Assembly: GCA_030141605.1 (NCBI GenBank)
Contig: JAQGDQ010000017.1
Coordinates: forward strand, 248,001 to 312,000
Reading direction: 5' to 3'
Length of the DNA: 64,000 bases
Source of the DNA: Tubiluchus corallicola
Lineage: Eukaryota > Animalia > Priapulida
In this document: positions 27,301-38,318 of the stretch, one piece after another
Layout of the letters: every line of letters begins with the position of its first letter
How positions within the stretch are numbered: position 1 is the first letter of the stretch
Notes under the pieces: generated by a model
Seen by the model: only the letters and a program-made list of their open reading frames with translations
The model's database searches: none
Told to the model about the DNA's origin: nothing
Position numbers and translations under genes: made by a program

Positions 27301-30300
27301 CGTAAGTTTATAACCGTCAGGTGAAATGTTATTTCTACACATTTTGATTTTTTGTTTCGTATAAAGAAAGATTTATGTGCAGATATCTTGCAAAATGTAT
27401 TTTGAATTTAGTGAACTTGACTTTTTTGGAACTATCTGGCATGATTTGCGCTAGCAAGATATTAATGTTAATGGAAAAGTGCAGCAAAGGGATGTTTAAA
27501 AATTATACTCACCTTTGGCTAAAAGTGTGATGTGAAACCGCACCAGGACAGCTGTGATCAATTTTTTGTCACCATTAAAATATCTTTTATTTATAAAAAC
27601 AAAATCATTAATATCATATACTGGGTAAAGATTGAGTTTTGTGAATTTTGTATCTTTTGTTGTTTGAAGAAACTATCAGTCAACACCAATGTTTAATTTT
27701 TCTGTTGTTATATATTCTCAATAGGAATCCAATTAAAAATCAGTTTCATTGAACTTTTCGAAGAGTTAAAATTAATGGAAATTTTGCTTCTTGCAGCTGA
27801 ATTAGATCTGGAAGTTGTGCTACTACTTCCAAAGCAAGAAGGAGAAGAACAAGAAGAAGAAGAAGAAGAAGAAGAAGAAGAAGAAGAAAGGGAAACAGAA
27901 GCTGAAAATGTTGAAATAAAGACCAGTGAAGAAGAGACAAAATCTGAGCAAACAGAAGGAGACGAAACAGCAACAAACGAAAAAGAATCTGTAGAACAAA
28001 AAGAGATGACAAGCGAAAAAGAGAAATCCATTTCTGCAGTCCATTCTTCCCATCATAGAAGGCCTCCTCTGATTGTTTACCCTCATGGTAAGGCTATTGA
28101 TAATTTTGTATGATCTGAACTCCTTATCATGTAAATTGTTTCTAGCAAAATGTCATTTATCAATTTAAAGTTAAGTAAGTGTTGTGTTTTGTTTCTCTCG
28201 GACTGCTCATAGAGAAAACCAGAAAACACATCGTTAAATTAAACTAGTTTATTATGCGAGAATTCTACAACACAAAAGTATGAAGGAATGCAAAAGGTGT
28301 ACAGTCAACGTGATAATCTGGAAGCGAGAATCTGAGATTAATCTAAGAATAAACTCGAGCGGCCAGCTCTTATATATCAGTGCCATGAACAATCTAGAAA
28401 CTACTACGCACATCACGTATAGAAAGTTCTCGAAACTTCTACAAGGTAAGAAGATTGTTCTACTATACTATAGAATATTCCAGATCTCCACAACAGTAAA
28501 ATTAATAGTACTGGTTCATTTCATATTATTGCAAAATATGATGCTGCCAGTGGAGTCATTTGTATGAATGCTTTGCATCCTTTAGAAAAGAATTCTATGT
28601 AGTACTACTCGTTAAGTAAACCAAAAATTAGTAACAGGCTCAGGGTTTGCACATATTTCCATCAGCTGTAGGAGTGGACCTTACTCACTGGCAAAAACTA
28701 ACTGTGCCTTGAAAGCTACCGAAAAATATAACTGAAATGCTTGAAGAAACTTCGAAAGATTTTCTATTTGTGTCGAAAGCATACTGCACCTATAAGACTA
28801 CATAAGATCTGCTCTAGGCAATGAACAAGCAACACCCAGATGAGACATGTTAAACCACACACACACACACACACTGAATGCACACCAGCCTTTATATGTG
28901 CAAAGGTTCACACTGAAAAAAGGAAAGCTGCATCAAATTAATCAACCCCCATAACAATGTTTATTGAATGTATTACTTTATTGTCATGTCATTACAGGTG
29001 GACCTCATAATACTTGTGTTGCTGGATGGAACCTTTTTACTGCTGGCTTTACGAAATTAGGATATGCCGTTGCTTTGAGTGAGTTTTATTAGATTTGTAT
29101 GCACTGAATTTCATTGAGAATAACAGATAAATAATTTTATGCAGCAAAGCAGTAAAAGTTATTTACTTATTGGTTTTCGCACAAACAAACTTAGGAAGAT
29201 TTAAAGGATTTACGTATAGTGAACTTGAACCAGTTTTTAAGAAAACAAAAACCGCCACTGCCAACAACAAAGCATCAACTTTCTTTGGCAACCAACAGTT
29301 TTACACTTACCATAATAAATAATATAATTTATTTGGGATGTTTTAGCTGTCCTAGCAGTTAGCAGGCATCCTCAGCAATTAAAACCTGCTTACAAAAAAC
29401 AATGGTTTCAGGAATAAAACTTGTGAAATTGCTAGAAATGATCCAGAATGAATTGCACTATTCTGTTATTATATTCTCTTGGTGTTTCTCATTAGATTTC
29501 CTGCTTGATGTATTATTTTATTCTAAACCTTTGTCATATGTTCAGCTTTAACATCTTTATGTTCTTTGCCTTTTTAAAACGTAATCCTAGGCCTTTTTAA
29601 ATGTAATATGACAAAAAGTTGGTCAAACTCTCTCTGCACATGTGATAGCAGTTCACATCGAATATTACAAGCCTTTTTTTAGCATAATTTCTGAAGAGAA
29701 ACTGACCGAATAAGCTAAAAGATTTTGAATAGTTTTTGCCTTTTATCTATTTCAGAATGGCAATTTACAACTTGGTAACTTATTTTTTTTCTAGTAAATT
29801 ATCGCGGATCTGCCGGTTTCGGAGATAACAGTATTTTCTCCTTGCTGGGAAGAGTCGGTAGCAGCGACGTTAGTGACGTGTACCACTGCACGAAAACACT
29901 CGTGGACGAACAACGAGTTGACGGTGAAAAGCTTGCCTGCTTTGGCGGGTCTCATGGAGGATTTCTGGTGGCACATCTCTTAGGACAGTATCCAGTAAGC
30001 ACTCAAATAGTTCTAAATCAATGTGTCAAACAAAGGAATATGCCATATTATTTATATTGGTTTTCCTTCGTTAGTTCACTGGGGTGGCAATTAATTGCCA
30101 CACTCCGAGCAAATCGCAAAGTGCACTCTCTGATTCTTCCAAAGGTAGGACCTAATCCTACTACATACTAATTGTACTACACTGAAATAATAAATCAAAA
30201 GCCAGTTGTCAATTTCTAACAAATGCACATAAGGCTTCATGTCCTTTGATGAAAAGCCCCACTTTAGATAGGACTATCATTGTCATAGTGCTGGGAATAA

Positions 30301-32492
30301 TGTTCTTTCCCTGTTAGGAATAATGCATTTTTCTATGTGTTTTTCCTGATAATTTCATCTCCTGTCACACGTAGTTTGTCATTGTTTGAAAAAATTTATG
30401 CTATTGCCAAAGTTAATTCTGTTTTCTGAACAAACAAATAAAGCAGCTATTCAAAAATCGGGCATTAAGTGTTGAATGCTAAAAAACAACATCATCCTGA
30501 TGTCGGTTGCATTGGTTTTATTAATTTAACAATTGTGATAGCTTTTTCTTGTCTGTTGTAAAATTTATACTTCTGACAACTTTTCAGGACATGTTTAAAG
30601 CTGCTCAATGCCGCAATCCTGTGATCAATCTTGCAAGTGAGTAAAAATCATTCAAGCTTGACGTTGACGGGTGTGTGTTTAATAAAGTTTATTTGAAGGA
30701 ACTTAATTGCTTTGTAAGTGTGTAGAATCTATAAAGTAAGCAAAACAGTGTGCCAACTGGCTCAGTGCACCCACTTTGCACCAAAACAACTTATAGAAGC
30801 ATAATGGAACGTCTTAATTCAGGCATTGAGTATATAAACCTGATCTTTTATTTGCTGGCATTCGTTGCTGCATTAGTCGTAAAACTTATGATTTGCTGGA
30901 ATTTTTTTCAGCTTTTCTCGGCAACAGCGACATACCTGACTGGGGTTACGAGGAAGCCGGCGTTGGACCGTTCTCTTTCACGAGAGTCCCCTCAAAAGAG
31001 GACGTAGCTGCAATGCTTGCAAAGTCGCCTATAACAGTAGCTGATAAGGTAATGAAAATGGTATTTATTTGAACAAATGAAAACTTTTTGTAGTTTGGTT
31101 GAGCGACCTCTGATTACCGATCTCTTGTTAGTGATCACTTGGTGCAAGTGAGACCACGCAGGATGCAGTTGCTGATGATCAGAAAATCCTTGATCAAAAA
31201 ATACTCCAAGAAAGGAAGGATTTTTTGTACTAATTTCTGTTAAGGTACTGACGTGGACTTCACTTCACTGACAAATCCTATTCTATTAAATGCAATCTTA
31301 TCTCGAATTGAAAAGCGCATTTTGGTACTTGTGAATGTATTAAAGTGTCTACTATAGGTGTCATTTTTTTATGTGTTTCTATCATAAATTACTGTCATCT
31401 TTGCATTAAAGTGTATAGGAAGAAGTTTTAAAAGAAAACCGGACGATTGTGTAGACATTAGTTCAAAATAACGTATGCTCTAAAGTATTGAAAACTACAA
31501 CAGGTTTTTTTAAATCAAAGTTTAGATTTAATAATACTTACATCGAATAATTAATTTTTGCTAAACTTTAAAAGCTACACACGGCTGAGCAAATCCACTG
31601 AAACTGGCATTGGTGCCTTTTTGGCACATTTGCGAGGCTGACAAATAGGCGCGATACCGTGATAAGCATACCATGAATTGCGGTGCTTGTCAGCAATGTC
31701 AGTGTGACGTAGAGCTCATTTTCATGACATCACATCACATCAACGTTTTATAGCAACCTTCGCTTACGCAAACATGCTTGGCACTTGGGGAAGTTGCCTC
31801 CATTGCACAAACTGTGGTTAGTTTGTGACGTAACCGATAGCTGTGTTCAGTTGCCATTAATTAACTTTTTAAGCTAATTATTCAAATATTAGAAACAATT
31901 TTATAGGAGAGAAAATGTATATTTTGGACAGTAAATTAAAATGATATTGAGTGTAATCATTTGTCCAGTTTTCCTTTAAATACATTTAATACTATACTGT
32001 GTCTTAAGTTTATAGTTTATTGTTTAGATTAAAACACCATTGATGGCAGTGCTTGGAGATTCTGACAGAAGAGTACCGCCAGAACAAGGCCTACAGCTGT
32101 ATAGAATTTTAAAGGCTAATGGTGCTCCAGTCAGGTATGTATTGTCTAAATTAGTATTAATTCTAATGGAACCAATTTAACTATTATTAAATGTGTTGAA
32201 ATCTTTTCATAGAATTTAGAACTAATCATAGGGAATATTAGTGCTGAAGTTGAGCACCACCAAGGCTGGTCAGTGAGTGGATGGTGACTCTAGGAGGCTT
32301 GATTTGCCATAGTGATTCTCAGTGCTCATCTCACTGATATATGCACATCTGAATGTGATGGTTGCAGGTCTCCTTTGAAAAGAACAGCATTGGTATAACG
32401 TGCAGCTGTGGAAAGTTTGAAAACTCCTAATTATCAAAGTTAATCCTCTGAGATGAAGCACTGAACTAGCAGTGGCATTTTTGCTCTGTTTG

Positions 32493-32557
<65 letters not shown>

Positions 32558-32915
32558 TCCTTTAATGAAAGAAAAAACTGGAAGGAATATGGCATATGAA
32601 ACTGCTTAAGAAAAAGATTTTCCTGACAATCACCCATCCATTTACTAACCAGGCTCAATCGATACTATTCCAGCCAAGAACACAACTTGATCACCTGCTA
32701 TTCGGCTGGACCTTTACTTTTATTTCTTAATCACAGATTACTGATCACTTCTGCTCTAAGAATTGTAACTGGCACAAATTTTGTTGTTCTTTTCCAGGTT
32801 ATATATGTATGAGAACAATGGCCACGCACTGAGCAAAACTGACTGTGACTCCGAGGTGTTTGTGAACACATGCCTTTGGTATGCAGAACACCTAGGTACT
32901 CCTGTGCAACAGTAG
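12112..32915 (+). CDS. APEH: Acylamino-acid-releasing enzyme (S9C peptidase), 17 coding exons, about 792 aa
   Basis: Exons 12112-12350, 15388-15484, 16325-16403, 18168-18313, 22598-22735, 24225-24316, 25300-25340, 25762-25941, 26354-26598, 27163-27301, 27797-28087, 28998-29078, 29795-29994, 30588-30636, 30912-31048, 32028-32134, 32798-32915; all GT-AG and phase-compatible, total 2379 nt; motifs WSHGETHLLYVAEKKRP, PHGGPH, NYRGSAGFG, GGSHGG (catalytic Ser), DRRVP (Asp), NGHAL (His). Confidence 0.95.
12871..13668 (+). mobile_element. pogo/Tigger-like MITE copy 1 (TA TSD)
   Basis: TA|CAGTTAAACCTC ... GAGGTTTCACTG|TA terminal inverted repeats; full-length homolog in opposite orientation at 16416-17225. 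Confidence 0.85.
14328..14660 (+). mobile_element. Degenerate GIY-YIG endonuclease C-terminal relic (Penelope-like retroelement)
   Basis: Broken translation GHRIGVR...QSVTATHQ...GH/TINGDDA...DSGY/IHNVWT resembles the EH..VR...SAVAEH...GH.I.W...NRDSGY..W tail of Penelope-type GIY-YIG domains; followed by AATAAA. Confidence 0.45.
15388..15484 (+). CDS. APEH: APEH exon 2
   Basis: IWNKASPSGRYRAVLRK...QQFIE. Confidence 0.9.
16325..16403 (+). CDS. APEH: APEH exon 3
   Basis: IWSENCKLQTINLQSLDKHGPVYGND. Confidence 0.9.
16416..17225 (-). mobile_element. pogo/Tigger-like MITE copy 2 (TA TSD), inverted relative to copy 1
   Basis: TA|CAGTTAAACCTT ... GAGGTTTGACTG|TA; internal sequence is the diverged reverse complement of 12871-13668. 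Confidence 0.85.
17598..17955 (+). mobile_element. hAT-like MITE family B (TAGGGGT.GCAT termini, GAATCGAA-rich)
   Basis: TAGGGGTTGGCAT ... ATGCTCACCCC; homologous to 23056-23860 and, reversed, 51849-52215. Confidence 0.7.
18168..18313 (+). CDS. APEH: APEH exon 4
   Basis: HFGSFEWSHGETHLLYVAEKKRPKFASYF. Confidence 0.93.
19189..19719 (-). CDS. COA8: Cytochrome c oxidase assembly factor 8 (APOPT1), single-exon CDS nested antisense in APEH intron 4
   Basis: Arg/Leu/Ser-rich mitochondrial presequence; DWVGPADKITNLR, WNTAFWERHN, LSADDMAKYYRSFL, YNWEWYKKN motifs characteristic of the COA8/APOPT family; candidate 5'UTR acceptor TTTTTTCTAG| at 19857. Confidence 0.93.
   Translation of the reverse strand: MALRCKLSNRLLLSAYSNTCRQLSAKAKSKQQKSEHGSYEPDPALTKTDWVGPADKITNLRKHKLYVPPDETALEKSYRLKHQEVHAWNTAFWERHNLDFIKGKKVYSDKLKKDKGLSQEEALSADDMAKYYRSFLNEQHQAHIKYNWEWYKKNISLLWPALLVNLQHLFKKIKKV
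22598..22735 (+). CDS. APEH: APEH exon 5
   Basis: QNWGE...PVICVLDIES...VPDNVSPAQ. Confidence 0.93.
23056..23860 (+). mobile_element. hAT-like MITE family B copy, interrupted by a nested MITE
   Basis: TAGGGGTGAG[insert]CATTCTC ... GATGCTCGGCCCCTA; body homologous to 17598-17955. Confidence 0.7.
23066..23453. mobile_element. hAT-type MITE with 15-bp TIR and 8-bp TSD
   Basis: CAGGGGCGTATTAAC ... GTTAATACGCCCCTG, flanked by GGGGTGAG / AGGGTGAG. Confidence 0.85.
24225..24316 (+). CDS. APEH: APEH exon 6
   Basis: AIWTPDDSGIVFVGWLNDPWKLGIIACTIR. Confidence 0.92.
25300..25340 (+). CDS. APEH: APEH exon 7
   Basis: SALYHIDLQSASC. Confidence 0.88.
25638..25730. repeat. (CTG)n/(CTA)n microsatellite upstream of the APEH exon 8 acceptor
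   Basis: Direct reading. Confidence 0.85.
25762..25941 (+). CDS. APEH: APEH exon 8
   Basis: SVRTPRFSPDRKHLAFMENEASGPH. Confidence 0.92.
26354..26598 (+). CDS. APEH: APEH exon 9
   Basis: FPGIY...LPADCWSSDNRRIVF...GSWTLL...SSPNTPP. Confidence 0.93.
27163..27301 (+). CDS. APEH: APEH exon 10
   Basis: RLARLMPSGGEKNINWVNL...EHPDY. Confidence 0.88.
27797..28087 (+). CDS. APEH: APEH exon 11 with poly-Glu/acidic insertion
   Basis: ELDLEVVLLLP-[acidic tract, (GAA)n]-PPLIVYPH. Confidence 0.88.
28998..29078 (+). CDS. APEH: APEH exon 12
   Basis: GGPHNTCVAGW...LGYAVAL. Confidence 0.93.
29795..29994 (+). CDS. APEH: APEH exon 13 (catalytic Ser)
   Basis: NYRGSAGFG...GGSHGGFL..HLLGQYP. Confidence 0.95.
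30588..30636 (+). CDS. APEH: APEH exon 14
   Basis: DMFKAAQCRNPVINLA. Confidence 0.92.
30912..31048 (+). CDS. APEH: APEH exon 15
   Basis: SDIPDW...MLAKSPITVADK. Confidence 0.92.
32028..32134 (+). CDS. APEH: APEH exon 16 (catalytic Asp)
   Basis: IKTPLMAVLGDSDRRVPPEQG. Confidence 0.94.
32244..32290 (+). mobile_element. 5S rRNA-derived SINE head fragment
   Basis: GAAGTTGAGCA...GGCTGGTCAGTGAGTGGATGGTGAC, 5S box A/C-like. Confidence 0.45.
32495..32555. repeat. (TA)n microsatellite
   Basis: About 30 TA units. Confidence 0.98.
32625..32660 (-). mobile_element. 5S rRNA-derived fragment (antisense)
   Basis: Reverse complement GAGCCTGGTTAGTAAATGGATGGGTGATTGTC matches the 5S box C region. Confidence 0.5.
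32798..32915 (+). CDS. APEH: APEH exon 17 (catalytic His, stop)
   Basis: LYMYENNGHALSKTDCDSEVFVNTCLWY...TAG. Confidence 0.93.
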
Positions 32916-34303
32916 ACAGTCTATTTAAATAAATCATGTGGCAAATTTACTTTTATGATGATGATTTCAACAGTGTAACAACAGTGATTTACAGTTTAGA
33001 AGATTGTGTAAGTTAAGCATTTACTACTTCTGAACTTGCATAGATTCTCATTTGCTTGTTAATGAATGGATTTTCTGCATTGATAGCTATGGACAGGAAA
33101 GAATAATAAATGCACAGTAATGCCACGATTGTTTGCACATAAATAATGTGGTAGTTTCTTGTGAAAAACAATTGTTTCGTACTGCTTTACTTATTAATTT
33201 GATAAAGTGAATTTTTGTTGTGATCAGAATGCAAATTTTTAACAAAAATTTAAATTAAATAAATAATCTTTATGAAAGTAGAGATTTTTTAAAAAGCTGT
33301 TTATGATAATTTGATTTTGTCTTTCTTTTTTCATTTCAAAATTTTGTTATCTGTTTGCGTTTTAATGGAGTCGAGTTACAACTATGGCGTGATTAATAAT
33401 TTTGCCTCTACAGCAATGTTATGGCTGAAATTTATAAAGTTGACCGTTTCTTAAAGAATGTGAAAGTTTGCAATGAGAAAAGTTGAATTGCATAAGTTTA
33501 CTAAGCCTCAAAGTTCAAATGAAGGTTAAAAATGGCAAACGAGAGCCACGAATTAGTTGGTGATTATTTTAGATCATTTTCACAAATTTTTGACCACCAC
33601 AGGAAAACCAGTCATGTATATACTGCAAGTACTTGATGTTACTGATATTTTGAACAATGAAACTTATTTGTGATACACTCTTACCGATCATCTCCATTCT
33701 CACTAAAGGAACTTTCATTCGTTTGGTAGTAACTGTATTATCCAAAACAACGCAGAAAAAACAAAGCATATAAGTATAACATGAAGTTTGACATTTGTAC
33801 CTAGGAATTTTTGATTTGTAGTACTAAGTCCTGACGTGACATGCAGAGGAAATACATTCAAGCCTAGCGCAAAATGAGATATTGTCTACATTCTACGAAA
33901 AGCCCCAAGGTTGTCATGGATTTTCAATAAAAATGGAATACTAAGCAATTTTTAGTCAATAGGATAGGGCCGATAGGCAAGTTGTCCCCACTATCAGTTA
34001 ACCTGGACAACTTCCATGACAAATAGTAAAACTGTACAGGCTGACTATCCAACAACAAAGCTGCTCTGAGAATGCTGAACTTTGACTCAAGTTATCTAAT
34101 TTCCTTGGTAATCAGTAATTTGTGGCACTTGTGCCCATATAAATTAGAATTGTTAGATTGATGGAGGAAAAATTCGCGGTTTTATCCAAGTGTTGGAACA
34201 AGCTAGGGCCTTTTGTTAACCTCTATAGGGTTATGCGTGTTGAGACAGACTGCATTCGAAAATATGAAACCGTTTCCTATACAGAAACGCTTTCATATTT
34301 TCA

Positions 34304-34685
34304 CCAGGGCTGGATTATGACTCATTGGGGGCCCGTAGGCTAATGAAATTATGGGGCTGCTCATACGGATCCTTATCTCACTATAACTCATATGGAGCCA
34401 TAACTCATGCCCTCTAACTCACCTGCACTAGTCTTGAAAATTTTTACTTGTATTTTGGTGACACTTACATAGCTTAAAGTAAACTAAAATTGGGTTTTCA
34501 GACTCTCGTACCTCATTTTTTTTTAAGTTGAAATTTCATTTTAAGTGAAATGAATTATTCAACAAAGCCAAATATTAAAACATTATAGTCATTTCTTAAA
34601 AAAGTTTGATTTGAAAATATTTTAGTTCGGCCCTTCAAGCTTTAGGAGCCCTAAGCTGCTGGCTCTACTATAATCCGACAATCTG
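34304..34685. mobile_element. Degenerate hAT-like MITE
   Basis: CAGGGCTGGATTA start with GGGGCCC subterminal motifs; degenerate TAATCCG..CTG end. Confidence 0.4.
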
Positions 34686-35519
34686 ATCCTGTGTATAGGT
34701 AACCAAACTGTTGATGTAGAACTTTTGAACATGTATATCAGGTGAGTAGAACACAGCAGAGGGAAACCCTTATAACTCTTCATTAGTGACTGTGAGGGTG
34801 GAGGGATGCTGATAATATAGTATGTACACTCGAATGTAGCTGAGGCAATTCTGCCTGTTTGTTGCCTTGTTTTAGAAGACTAATCTTTGGCATGAACTAG
34901 ATTCTAGTCCTGCCACAAGTAGTCATCAAAACAGCGCTCCTTAAATCTCCATGACAGTAACGACATCAAAAATCAACTTGCCACCTTTTTAACTGACATA
35001 GCTTGCAAATGATTTCAATAGAAATGTACTAATATCAGGTAGATGCACATTTTCTGCTTACATAACCTTGAAATCAGAATGCATGTAAACCCTATCATTT
35101 ACCCAACCATTCAACGTTAACCGTAATCCCTATTGCTGCGTTCTGACTTGCAGTACCGAACCATGCAAAAGAACAAGGTGCGTTTGTCAAACATACGATG
35201 AGTTAACAAAGTAAATTTGCTTAAAAGACATAAAATCACTCGGAGGTATTTTATCAACGTGTGTTATTGCATATGTGTGCACAGTGCCAGAGAAATAAAA
35301 ACCAACTGCTTTTAAATTTGCAGTTCGTGCAGGAAATTCTACTAAAGGTCTTGCAAAGCTTCTTCAAGTATTAGTAGTTTTATATGCCGCCGCTGTAATT
35401 TACTTGGATTTGTTGATAGACCTAAGTATTTGATTTATGGTATTTTTCCTGCTTGTATTCATCACACTTGTTTTCGATTAGGCTTTTCACAGTAAAACGA
35501 ACATTTAATAAGCGTAATT

Positions 35520-35830
35520 GTAAAGATTGGTATGGCAATATTGTGGATAAAAAATGTTTCTGTGGTTTTGTTACTGAATCCATCGTACACTTCATGCTAA
35601 AATGCCCTATTTATAAATTGAGTTGGGAGAAACTTGTACACAGCTTATCCGCCACGTTTCAAAATAACAGTTATGTAATAATGTAATGTCAATTAATGTG
35701 TTCAACTTAAACACTGTGTCTTTAATTTTTCTTCTTTTAAACGGTAGTTCTTTGTTAAACTATGACCAAAATATTACACTTTTCAAAAATTTATCAGGAA
35801 TACTAGTAAATTTAAGTAAGGAAACAGACT
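35520..35830 (+). mobile_element. LINE ORF2 C-terminal relic
   Basis: CFCGFVTESIVHFMLKCPIY zinc-knuckle and LLLNG...NITLF tail typical of non-LTR retrotransposon ORF2 ends; frameshifted. Confidence 0.6.
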
Positions 35831-37692
35831 TGTATTTTCTTAATCATGTAGTCACATTTTGTCATGCATTGTTTCTAGCAGAATCTTGTAAAATTTATTT
35901 TGAATATTACCTGAGGTCTTTACATCTGCTTCGCTGTTGACCAAAGGTCACATGTGAAAAATAACAAATAAAAATGTAATCTAGTAGGGATACAGTATGA
36001 GGATCGAGTAATTTTCCAAACAGTTGTTATTACAAGTCGAATGTCTGTTGGGTTTCTTAATACTCGCACATGCTGTTGATGAGCGTACATACGCCACATA
36101 TTTATGTTCAAGTATAGGAGACATGATTTTGTATTGAATCAATAACAGTATCATGCCAAGATATTCTAACTGTGCCACTTTCGTTACACTCAGTACTCGC
36201 CATAAAAACACACTCGTAAATCTGCCACACTAGTAAGTTAGAAGAACTGAGAAGTTAAACTTGCTCTAGTAATCGGGCCAGTAAAGCTAGCACCATTCCT
36301 TATCATTTTGCATTTGGTTACTAATAATGAATTGAATATGTTATGAATTAACGGGGGGGGGGGAGGTGCAAGAAGTAAAGGCACTGTATGACGTACTGGT
36401 TGTCTGTGCCTCACAAATACTGAAAATTCTGTCCTGTCTCATTCGTGTAATCTGCTTTCTTTACACGAGTAATTATCAGGCCTGCCCTATGCGTCTAAAT
36501 ATAATTTTTTAATGAGGTGGGAATTTCACCACCACAAGCCAGGCGGAGGTTGGGTTATTAGCCTCAATCAGCCGACCACGTCTCCAAAAAAACTAGTTTT
36601 TACGGCACAGTCATGCGTTTCGTAGTCGTGTACGCATGCGTCCAAACGTCTATTTTGGCACGTGGATGAATGCACCGACCTTTGCTTGCTACAGACACGT
36701 GCAACTTAATTATCATAAAACGTGTTTATACCGCGCTATTTACACAGCAAACATAAACCAGCAGCAATATACGTTTTCTAAATTTTTATTAGACAAAACC
36801 GATTATTATGTCGTATGGCAAAATGTCGCACTAAAATTATAACAAAAACTCTTCTCTTCGTGTAAACAGAGCTCTAACCTATGTTAGTTCAAAGCTTAAT
36901 TCTTATTTACTAACAGACAAATCTGGCTGCAGATGGCAGCACATATATTAGGAGCGAAAAACAGTGTTCTAATACTATATGCGTGATAAAAAGACGATTA
37001 TGCAAAAAGCACGTTAAAGTCAAATTTTCTATCTTATCTCTCACAGCCAGCCACTGATGCATGCATGGTTACATTAAACCTTATGTACATATCTCAAAAC
37101 TAATACATCAATAGCACATCAACAAAATCTGCATTATTATTAACCAATTACATCTCACTTAACTAATTACAATTTAAAATATACTATATTAGTTTTCAGC
37201 ACATCTCGAATAATATACTGGTATTGCAAAGCTTGAAACTACTACATCATTTTTTATAGTGTATAAAAATATGTGCCAATTATTATATGAGCAAATCTGC
37301 ATACCCGCGCAATCCTTTTATTAGTTTGTTTATTAATTTTATTATTTATCATCTTATTATAATTAGCTAGACATTGTGATTTTATTGTATAGTCTTAGTT
37401 TGACTACTAACTGCTTGACGTAATATGTAATATAATTATATTATACAATAATATTTCTCATTATTAACATTTCTCACATTTTCTTCTGTTACACGCTAGT
37501 TTAACATTTTTAAAAAATCCAATATCTAACAGAAACTCAAAACAGGTTGGTAAAAACAGCTTTATAAATGCATAACCCGTTATATATAAGGCGTTTAGGA
37601 ATGAGTATCCAAAGACTAAAGTTTAGGGTCCTCAGCACAGCATGACTCAATTCACTAACTCAGTTTTTCTATTCCTTCTTGAATGCCAACAT

Positions 37693-37744
37693 TTGTAAGG
37701 CATTTTATTACACAATAAAATTTGTGTAATAAAATGCCTTACAA
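37693..37744. repeat. Perfect 23-bp inverted repeat (hairpin, 6-nt loop)
   Basis: TTGTAAGGCATTTTATTACACAA-TAAAAT-TTGTGTAATAAAATGCCTTACAA. Confidence 0.95.
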
Positions 37745-38004
37745 CAAGCATAACTTACACAATAAAACCGTTTCAAGAATGATCGAATACAACCCACCAT
37801 TACAAAATTTTCAAGCCAGACATGACTAAAAGGAAGGAAATGTGAAAAGTGGAGACTATGCTTGGGCATATGGTTTACAAGTGCAGCTTATGCTTACCAG
37901 ACTAATTATTATAACTAACTGATTAAAATTTATGATTTTTTTCTAACTAATAAGAATTCACGATTTTTGTGATTTCTTTTGAAATGGAAATGATCCGAGC
38001 CATT

Positions 38005-38318
38005 GGAAATGAATTAAGATCTGCCATGGTCACAAGAGGCCATGCAGGCTACTGATAGCTAACAACAATTTCATATTCGAAATATATATAGAGCAGCTAG
38101 ACAGGCTTTAATATAATGTTAATGCCATAACACTGTAGTCATGAGTTCATATCGGCAGAAGAAATGATTTAAGATCTGCCATGGTCACAAGAGACCATGC
38201 AGGCTAATGATAGCTAACAACAATTTTTACAATTTTGTATTCGAAATATATATAGAGCAGCTAGACAGGCTTTAATATAGTGGTAATGCCGTAACACTGC
38301 AGTCATAAGTTCATATCG
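38005..38318. repeat. Tandem duplication, about 155-bp unit x2
   Basis: GAAATGA.TTAAGATCTGCCATGGTCACAAGAG...GTTCATATCG repeated at about 38006 and 38161. Confidence 0.92.

Noticed and set aside
27708-28086. Minus-strand poly-Ser/Leu/Phe ORFs
   Set aside because: Antisense readings of the (GAA)n tract in APEH exon 11
31170-31205. CTGATGATC...GATCAAAA hammerhead-ribozyme-like motif
   Set aside because: The conserved GAAA core and flanking stems are not present
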